DNA from: an archaeon
Lineage (GTDB): Archaea; Iainarchaeota; Iainarchaeia; Iainarchaeales; JANQMZ01
DNA: 32,000 nt
Assembly (NCBI GenBank): GCA_028279805.1
Contig: JANQMZ010000007.1
Coordinates: 150,001-182,000, forward strand
Direction of reading: 5' to 3'
Below the pieces are notes generated by a model, which made no database searches, was not told where the DNA came from, and saw nothing but the letters and a program-made list of their open reading frames with translations. The translations under genes and the position numbers were made by a program. Each line of letters begins with the position of its first letter. The stretch's first letter is position 1. Below are positions 17,063 through 23,057 of the stretch, in pieces.

Positions 17063-17902
17063 ATGGCTAATCAGATACTATTACCACATTTATCCTGGAA
17101 TGAAAAATCAGCTAAGGGCACGATTATTGGTGTTTTAGCCAATGAATGGCCTCTTTCTACAAAAGAGGTTTTTAATCGGCTGAAAAAACGACATTCTTTC
17201 TCTGTTTCCTATCAAGCTGTTCACAAGGCTTTGAATGAGTTGGAAAAAGCTGAAATAATAAAAAAAGAAAACAAAAAGTATTCTTTGCACAGGAAATGGA
17301 TTGAAAACATTAAATTTTTTGCAAAAGATTTGGATTCAAAATATAAAAACAATACTAAAGCAACACCCTATTCTGAAGGAACTATTACGCTAACATTTGA
17401 TTCAATAGCAAATCTTGGAAGATTTATCATATACGATTATTTGCATGGAGATTATAATCCAAAAGGAAAGGATTGTGTTTGTTTGTGGAATCATTGCTGG
17501 CCTTTGATTGGTTTAAGTGATCAAGATCACCAAAAAATAGTTGATGCACTGGACATAGCTACACACTATTCTATAACAAAACAAAACACTTATTTGGATG
17601 ATTTGTTCACAGAAAGCTTAAACAAAATTGGTAAAAAATGCAAAACTGGAATTGACTATTTTGGATTAGGAGATTACATAATTGAAGGGGATTATGTTCT
17701 TCAAACAATTTATACTCCGAAATTTGCAAAATACTGGAACAAAGTTTACAAAACAACAAACAAAGAAACAATGGACATCGCAAAAATGTTCAAATTGTAT
17801 AACAAAAAAACAGAAATAACCGTAGTAATATTCAAAAACCAGCAATTTGCAGACAAATTAAGACAAGAAACTTTAAAACATTTTAGCGAGGGTTCAAAAT
17901 GA
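17063..17902 (+). CDS. Paralog 1 of 5: wHTH N-domain plus uncharacterised ~190-aa C-domain
   Basis: 279 aa. Family blocks present are NEWPLSTKEV...VSYQAVHKALNELEKAEII, WNHCWPLIG, GDYIIEGDYVLQTIY and EITVVIFKNQQFADKLRQETLKHF. Confidence 0.8.
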   Translation: MANQILLPHLSWNEKSAKGTIIGVLANEWPLSTKEVFNRLKKRHSFSVSYQAVHKALNELEKAEIIKKENKKYSLHRKWIENIKFFAKDLDSKYKNNTKATPYSEGTITLTFDSIANLGRFIIYDYLHGDYNPKGKDCVCLWNHCWPLIGLSDQDHQKIVDALDIATHYSITKQNTYLDDLFTESLNKIGKKCKTGIDYFGLGDYIIEGDYVLQTIYTPKFAKYWNKVYKTTNKETMDIAKMFKLYNKKTEITVVIFKNQQFADKLRQETLKHFSEGSK

Positions 17903-18720
17903 ATGGTGTTTCTGCAATTCCTCTTCTTTCCGATTCTTCAAAGAATGCAATTATTTCTTTACTTGTTGAAGAACAATCTTTAAAAGCAAAACAAATTCAT
18001 GAAAAACTGGAAAAAAATCATGGAATAAATGTAAGTTATCAAGCTGTCCACAAATCTTTAAGTGAATTGGAACAATCTGGTGTTGTTACTAAAACCAGTT
18101 CAGAATATAAAATTGACAAAAATTGGGTGGATAATTTAGAAATTTTTGCTAAAAATTTTTTGGAACAACATTATGGTTCATCTGATTTTGTTGATACGCA
18201 AACGATTGTAACAAATTCTTTGTACGAAACGGATATGGTTTTACTTGAAGCGGCTTTAAAAATGCTTGAAAACATGGAAGAAAAACCAATTCTTTGCATT
18301 CAGTGGCATCATGCATGGGTTCCATTGTTTTTAAATAAAAAAACTTATGCAGCCATAAAAGAGTTGATCCATAGAGTAGACTTGTATGATTTGATTAAAG
18401 GGGAAACTGTTGTAGACAAATGGTGTGCAAAATATTGGATAGAACGAGGTGTAAAATTAAAACTCGGAGTTGATTTGGGAAACAGTGCTGATCTAGTCAT
18501 CCTAGGGGATCATATTGTGCAAGTTTTTTATCCACAAGAACTAAGAAAAGAATTAGGTAAAGCATTTTCCAGCGTGAGTAAATTTTCAGAACTTAACACT
18601 GGTGAATTGTTCGAAAAAGTTTTCATGAAGCCAACAAAAATAACAATTGTCACAATGCGAAATAAACTTTTGGCTGAACAGTTGAGAAGAGAAACAATGA
18701 ATCATTTTAAAGGTGATTGA
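17899..18720 (+). CDS. Paralog 2 of 5
   Basis: 273 aa. Its start overlaps the paralog 1 stop (ATGA). Family blocks present are VSYQAVHKSLSELEQSGVV, WHHAWVPLFL, ADLVILGDHIVQVFY and KITIVTMRNKLLAEQLRRETMNHF. Confidence 0.8.
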   Translation: MNGVSAIPLLSDSSKNAIISLLVEEQSLKAKQIHEKLEKNHGINVSYQAVHKSLSELEQSGVVTKTSSEYKIDKNWVDNLEIFAKNFLEQHYGSSDFVDTQTIVTNSLYETDMVLLEAALKMLENMEEKPILCIQWHHAWVPLFLNKKTYAAIKELIHRVDLYDLIKGETVVDKWCAKYWIERGVKLKLGVDLGNSADLVILGDHIVQVFYPQELRKELGKAFSSVSKFSELNTGELFEKVFMKPTKITIVTMRNKLLAEQLRRETMNHFKGD

Positions 18721-19591
18721 ATTGCCTATTAATTTTACTGTCCCGGAATTGAGTGTTGATACTAATTCTTCAAAGGATACAATAATTTATGTGCTTTCAA
18801 ATGATTGGCCTTTAACTGTGACACAAATAAACAACAGAATATCTGATCTGTATGGCTTAAACATAAGTTATCAGGCGGTTCATAAAACATTGCTTCAACT
18901 GGAATTGGATAATATTGTTTTAAGAAAAGGAAAAAAATTTGAATTGAAAAAAAGCTGGATTAAAAATTTGAAAAATTTTGCAACAACACTTGAAAACAGG
19001 TACATTTTAAACGAAAGAAAAAAAAACATAAAATATAAAGGAAAACCAATTACATTAAAATTTGACGACATGAATGATTTTTTCAGAGAATTTTTATCAT
19101 TACTTGGAAGCAATCAATTAATTCAAAACAATAATAGGGCAATATATGCAATTCAAACACATGGATGGTTTCCATTAGGATTCAGATTCAGCGATTACAA
19201 TTTATTATCAAAACTGGTTAAATCAAATAAAAAAGGAGTTTGGTGTGTGATACAAAAAGAACTACCTTTTGATAAAGTTGTTGCACAAACATATAAAAGA
19301 GCTGGGTTAAATGTTTTAACAGGAATCAAAGACGACGCCTTCAAACACGGAGTTATAGCCCAGGGTGATTTTGTTTTTGACATTAACTTTTCACCTGCAA
19401 CAACAGAATTAGTGGAAGAGCTTTACTCAAAAACTCAAAATTTAAGCGTTTACTTCAGAGAATTCACAAAACAATTCACAGAAAAAAAAGATGTTAACAT
19501 AAAAATTAAAATAAGAAAAAATCCGTCTTACGCAAAATTGTTACAAAAACAAGTGTTGTCTCATTTTAAGGAGGAAGAACAAAATGATTAG
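18713..19591 (+). CDS. Paralog 3 of 5
   Basis: 292 aa from the GTG at 18713. The TTG at 18722, preceded by AAGGTGA, is an equally good start. Family blocks present are NDWPLTVTQI...ISYQAVHKTLLQLE, QTHGWFPLGF, HGVIAQGDFVFDINF and NIKIKIRKNPSYAKLLQKQVLSHF. Confidence 0.8.
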   Translation: MIELPINFTVPELSVDTNSSKDTIIYVLSNDWPLTVTQINNRISDLYGLNISYQAVHKTLLQLELDNIVLRKGKKFELKKSWIKNLKNFATTLENRYILNERKKNIKYKGKPITLKFDDMNDFFREFLSLLGSNQLIQNNNRAIYAIQTHGWFPLGFRFSDYNLLSKLVKSNKKGVWCVIQKELPFDKVVAQTYKRAGLNVLTGIKDDAFKHGVIAQGDFVFDINFSPATTELVEELYSKTQNLSVYFREFTKQFTEKKDVNIKIKIRKNPSYAKLLQKQVLSHFKEEEQND

Positions 19592-20468
19592 TGATACTTC
19601 TTCACATGGTTACTCAAACCCTTCTTCAACTAAGAATGCTATTGTTTCAACTTTATCTGAGAAATGGCCGCTTTCTGCAAAAGAGATACATTCCTCAATA
19701 ATTAATGCTTATAATATAACCGTGTCTTATCAAGCAATTCATAAAAAATTAATTGAATTAGAAAAAGAAACTATTATTGAAAAAAACGGAAAAAATTATT
19801 CTTTAAACAAAATTTGGATTTCAAACAACAAAGAATTTTTTAAAAAATTAACATCAAAATATGAAAACACTGTTGGAAAATATGAAATTGATCCAGATTT
19901 TGAAGGCACTATAAAATTAGATTTTCCAGATTTAACACTTTTACCTGTTACAATTGCCAGTCTTATTGGAAAAAAAGTTTTTATAGGAAATGGTCCAAAC
20001 ATTCTCACCGGATTTATAGATCATGCTTTGTGGCCATTAAGATTTAATTTTATGGATTTTGAAACTTTAAGAAGAATGTGTGTTAATATGGATGAAGCTT
20101 ATGCTATTATTGGAAATAATCAGCCATTTGATCAGTGGATAGCAAAACAATATCTAAGAGGCGGGTTTGATAAAGTCAAACTTGGAGTTAACTTTACAGG
20201 TAATGGAGATTATTTAATCGTTCACGGAGACTCTATAATTCAAATAACCATGAAAGAAGAAACCAAAAAATTTTTGGATAATATTTACGAAAAAATCTAT
20301 AATCTGTCAGATTTATACAAATATTATTTAAAAGCAAGAAATAAACAAATACCTGAATCAACAGAGGTTTTAATAACAAAAAATCCTGATTTGGCAAGTT
20401 TTTTGAGAAAGAAAATGATAGATATTTTCAAAGAGGACATTAAGATGGATAATAAGCTCCAAGCTTGA
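19584..20468 (+). CDS. Paralog 4 of 5
   Basis: 294 aa. Its start overlaps the paralog 3 stop by 8 nt (ATGATTAG), and AGGAGG lies upstream. Family blocks present are EKWPLSAKEI...VSYQAIHKKLIELEKETII, IDHALWPLRF, GDYLIVHGDSIIQITM and EVLITKNPDLASFLRKKMIDIF. Confidence 0.8.
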   Translation: MISDTSSHGYSNPSSTKNAIVSTLSEKWPLSAKEIHSSIINAYNITVSYQAIHKKLIELEKETIIEKNGKNYSLNKIWISNNKEFFKKLTSKYENTVGKYEIDPDFEGTIKLDFPDLTLLPVTIASLIGKKVFIGNGPNILTGFIDHALWPLRFNFMDFETLRRMCVNMDEAYAIIGNNQPFDQWIAKQYLRGGFDKVKLGVNFTGNGDYLIVHGDSIIQITMKEETKKFLDNIYEKIYNLSDLYKYYLKARNKQIPESTEVLITKNPDLASFLRKKMIDIFKEDIKMDNKLQA

Positions 20469-20493
20469 TGACTATTAATTTTAAGTGATTTTT

Positions 20494-21312
20494 ATGAGTT
20501 ATCAGGATTTGGAAACAGTTGGAGGAAAAAATTCAACTAAAAATTTAATTATAAATGCTTTAAGATTTAAGAACGATTTTACTACAAAACAGATTTATTT
20601 TTTTTTAAAAAAAGAATTTGGTTTAAATTCCTCTTATCAATCCGTTCACAAAGCATTGAAAGAACTTTCAAGTGAAAAAATTGTTTTTAAAAAAAACAAA
20701 AAATATTTTTTAAACCGGGAATGGATTCAAAATAACAAAATGTTTTTTGAAGAATTAGCTGATAAAAAAGTGGATTTAACACGACTTGAAAATCAAACAA
20801 TTAGCTTGTCTTTCAATTCTTATCATGAATTTATGGATAAAATGCTTGACATTTTTGCAAAAGAAAGAGAATTATTTCCAAACAATTTATGCGTAACTTA
20901 TCAAAATCATTTATACTGGACTATGAGTTTATCCAAAAATCAGTATAACAAGCTTAAAATTTTAGGTTCTCATGGAGGCTATATTGCCTGCAATGGAAAT
21001 TCTTTTTTTGACAAAGTTTTGGCAACAATATACAAAAAAGTGGGCTATGATGTGAAAACAGGTGTAAATTATTCAAACAATTTTGATTTTGTTGTATATG
21101 GAAACATAATTCATCAAATATTTTTTTCAGATAAACAAAAAAAAGAAATTAATATAATTTCAAAAAAATCAAAAAAAACTGAAGATATCTTTGAACAAGG
21201 ATTTCATGAAAAACTTTTTGAAAAACCCGGAAAAATAAATGTAGTTATTTTCAAAAATAAAGAATTGGCAGAACAACTGACAAATGATGTTTTAAAACAG
21301 GTTAAAAATTGA
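20494..21312 (+). CDS. Paralog 5 of 5 (most divergent)
   Basis: 272 aa from the ATG at 20494 (the ORF track uses the GTG at 20485). Family blocks present are SSYQSVHKALKELSSEKIV, YQNHLYWTMSL, FDFVVYGNIIHQIFF and INVVIFKNKELAEQLTNDVLKQV. Confidence 0.75.
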   Translation: MSYQDLETVGGKNSTKNLIINALRFKNDFTTKQIYFFLKKEFGLNSSYQSVHKALKELSSEKIVFKKNKKYFLNREWIQNNKMFFEELADKKVDLTRLENQTISLSFNSYHEFMDKMLDIFAKERELFPNNLCVTYQNHLYWTMSLSKNQYNKLKILGSHGGYIACNGNSFFDKVLATIYKKVGYDVKTGVNYSNNFDFVVYGNIIHQIFFSDKQKKEINIISKKSKKTEDIFEQGFHEKLFEKPGKINVVIFKNKELAEQLTNDVLKQVKN

Positions 21313-21460
21313 AAGAGGCCTCAATCTGAAGCCTCCTCTGCCTTTCAAGGGGTACCAACTCTCTCCTTGTAAAGTGGATAGGGCGCCCCTGTTGGAGCGC
21401 CGGAGCAGGCATCTCTCGCACGAGAGTAAACGCCTGAAATAACTCTGACGCGAGTAGTAA
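21313..21460. ncRNA. GC-rich, highly structured RNA candidate of unknown class; strand unresolved
   Basis: This stretch is about half G+C by eye, against AT-rich flanks. Nested helices can be read directly: 21315-19/21331-35, 21342-50/21365-74, 21382-88/21394-401, and 21406-10/21432-36 enclosing CTCTC-GCAC-GAGAG. Hairpin-plus-T-run terminators exist for either orientation. Only implausible Arg/Leu-rich ORFs cross it. Confidence 0.5.
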
Positions 21461-21500
21461 TATACCTTTGGTTGAAAAAAAATCAACCAAATAGTTGATT
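21461..21500. promoter_or_regulatory. Palindromic element B (TTTGGTTGA-A7-TCAACCAAA-TA-GTTGATT)
   Basis: It contains three TCAACC/GGTTGA half-sites. Its reverse complement aligns with element C at 30 of 40 positions by hand. It abuts a TATA-like GGTATATTA on the minus strand and a T8 run (21503-21511) on the plus strand. Confidence 0.5.
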
Positions 21501-21584
21501 ATTGTTTTTTTAGGATAAGAATATCTTGCCATCGGTTTTCATACAATCTGGAAAAAAGTATTTATTGAACAAAAAAAGCTATGG

Positions 21585-21617
21585 TTTAAAGCATAGAATT
21601 TAAAGCTTTTTTAAAGC
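21585..21617 (+). promoter_or_regulatory. Three direct copies of TTTAAAGC (two within the palindrome AAAGCTTT) upstream of the DsbA-like gene
   Basis: The copies start at 21585, 21599 and 21610, which is 43-68 nt upstream of the TTG start at 21653. They are TATA-like (TTTAAA) and could be a promoter or operator. Confidence 0.3.
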
Positions 21618-21652
21618 TTTAATGTTAGTACTTTTGTTATAGAGGTGATTGA

Positions 21653-22408
21653 TTGGGTAAAAAAAGACCAAAAAAAACAACAAGTCGTTCAAATAATTCA
21701 GGCAATTCTAATACTTATGTTATTGCCGGAGCAATTGTTCTGGCCGGAATAATAATCGGAGGGGCAGTATTTTTAACAAGCACTCCGGGAACAACTCTGC
21801 CTCCAAGCGGAAACAATGGAAATGGCGGAGGAGGGCATGGAAATGATGCCACTGTTTCAATGAAAGCTTTGCTTGAATCAGAATCAGCTGCAACTTTGGG
21901 AAACGAAGATGCACCGGTTGTTTTGATTGAATTTTCAGATTATGAATGTCCTTTCTGCAGGCAATGGTCTAATCAGTCAAAAGCACAGTTGGAAGCAGAA
22001 TATATTGACACAGGAAAAGTTTTGTTTGTATTCAAAGATTTCCCACTTACAAGAATTCATCCGTTTGCGGTAACCGCAGCTCATTCAGCACGATGTGCAG
22101 GAGAACAAGGCAAATACTGGGAAATGCATGACGCAATTTTTGATTTGTTTGGGCAAAACAATTTTTCACAGGAAACAGTTGAACAAACAGCTCAGGATTT
22201 GGAATTAAATGTAGCAGACTTTCAGGCATGCAATGAATCAGCAAAATTTTTGTCAAACATTCAGCAAAACTTTGATGAAGGAGCAAGCAATGGCATAACA
22301 GGCACGCCGGGATTTTTAATCGGAACACCTAACGGAACTGCAAGACTTATTTCAGGAGCACAGCCTTACTCTGTTTTCAAACAAGCAATTGATTCACTAT
22401 TGGCATAA
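21653..22408 (+). CDS. Membrane-anchored DsbA-family thiol:disulfide oxidoreductase
   Basis: It has a TTG start 4 nt after GAGGTGA. An N-terminal basic segment and TM helix (YVIAGAIVLAGIIIGGAVFL) are followed by a Gly/Asn linker. The thioredoxin fold carries the active site EFSDYECPFCRQW and a C-terminal GTPGFLIG. Confidence 0.8.
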   Translation: MGKKRPKKTTSRSNNSGNSNTYVIAGAIVLAGIIIGGAVFLTSTPGTTLPPSGNNGNGGGGHGNDATVSMKALLESESAATLGNEDAPVVLIEFSDYECPFCRQWSNQSKAQLEAEYIDTGKVLFVFKDFPLTRIHPFAVTAAHSARCAGEQGKYWEMHDAIFDLFGQNNFSQETVEQTAQDLELNVADFQACNESAKFLSNIQQNFDEGASNGITGTPGFLIGTPNGTARLISGAQPYSVFKQAIDSLLA

Positions 22409-22415
22409 ATTCGTT

Positions 22416-22452
22416 AAAAGGCGGTAAAACGCCTTTTATTTCTTGTTTTTTT
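22416..22452 (+). terminator. Hairpin plus T-run after the DsbA-like gene
   Basis: AAAAGGCG-GTAAAA-CGCCTTTT forms an 8-bp stem and is followed by ATTTCTTGTTTTTTT. Confidence 0.6.
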
Positions 22453-22529
22453 GGAAAAAATGTGGGAAAAGCTTTTTAAATGCTGAAAAAAATAATTGAT
22501 TAAAATAAAACCTTTTGGAGGTGTCGTCA

Positions 22530-22559
22530 TTGTTAGGCGGTGAAGGATGTGGCTGCTAA
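22530..22559 (+). CDS. Candidate 9-codon micro-ORF (MLGGEGCGC)
   Basis: The best ribosome-binding site in the window, GGAGGTG (22517-22523), lies 6 nt before the TTG at 22530. The Cys codons and the stop fall inside the following terminator-like hairpin. This call is speculative. Confidence 0.2.
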   Translation: MLGGEGCGC

Positions 22560-22589
22560 ACCTTGTTTAGCATCCCTTTTTATTTTTTT
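22545..22589 (+). terminator. Terminator/attenuator-like hairpin plus T-run upstream of the glutaredoxin-like gene
   Basis: A GGAT...ATCC lower stem and a GCTAAAC-CTT-GTTTAGC upper stem (7 bp) are followed by CTTTTTATTTTTTT. The structure ends 29 nt before the ATG at 22618. Confidence 0.5.
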
Positions 22590-22617
22590 ACATTATAATT
22601 TTTGAGAGGTAATTTTT

Positions 22618-22854
22618 ATGGAGCATGAAGTTAAAATTTATTCAACACCAACTTGTTCTTGGTGTGCAAAAGCAAAAGAATTCTTCAAAGAAAACAACGT
22701 TAAATATGAAGAATATGACGTTGCAATGGATGAAGAAAAAAGAAATGAAATGGTTGAAAAATCAGGACAATTAGGCGTGCCGGTAATCGATGTTGACGGC
22801 AACATAATTGTAGGATTTGACCAGCCAAGACTAACAGAATTATTGGACCTGTAA
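22618..22854 (+). CDS. Glutaredoxin-like small redox protein (NrdH/YruB-like)
   Basis: 78 aa. Motifs present are KIYSTPTCSWCAKAKEFF (CxxC), GVPVIDVDG and IVGFD. Confidence 0.8.
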   Translation: MEHEVKIYSTPTCSWCAKAKEFFKENNVKYEEYDVAMDEEKRNEMVEKSGQLGVPVIDVDGNIIVGFDQPRLTELLDL

Positions 22855-22968
22855 GCAACTAACGCTTGCACCCATTGCCAATTTTTTTTAAACTAATTTT
22901 AAAATCTTCCACTTTTGTTCCCCTTAAACCGAACAAAATCACAACTTTTTTATTTTTTTAAAAACATG

Positions 22969-23008
22969 AATCAACTAAATGGTTGATAAAAAATCAACCA
23001 AACGTATT
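22969..23008. promoter_or_regulatory. Palindromic element C (AATCAAC-TAAAT-GGTTGAT-A5-ATCAACCAAA), immediately upstream of a TATA-like GTATTTAAG
   Basis: It has three TCAACC/GGTTGA half-sites in the same order and spacing as the reverse complement of element B. The TATA-like box lies about 50 nt upstream of the ATG at 23058, and a GGGGGAGTGG ribosome-binding site lies between them. Confidence 0.5.
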
Positions 23009-23057
23009 TAAGACAATGTATGGTAATCCTACAAGCAGGGGGGAGTGGAATGAAAAA

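Noticed and set aside
21305-21511. Assigning the GC-rich RNA to tRNA (including intron-containing or split forms), SRP RNA, RNase P RNA, a riboswitch, or a C/D or H/ACA guide RNA
   Set aside because: I found no T-loop GTTCRANYC with a 5-bp stem, no helix-8 motif GGAAGGGAGCA, no GGAAAGUCC P4 element, no riboswitch core and no box motifs in a sensible arrangement. A weak resemblance of GGAGCA...GTAAAC to SRP helix 6 was not enough. The class is left open.
21292-21532. Two minus-strand ORFs (64 and 76 aa) across the GC-rich block
   Set aside because: They are Arg/Leu-rich, have no ribosome-binding site, and overlap each other and the paralog-5 stop. The dense nested helices fit a structural RNA better.
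22983-23057. TTG start at 22983 for the LamG protein
   Set aside because: This extension would translate the palindromic element and the TATA-like box. The ATG at 23058 is preceded by GGGGGAGTGG and opens directly with a canonical signal peptide.
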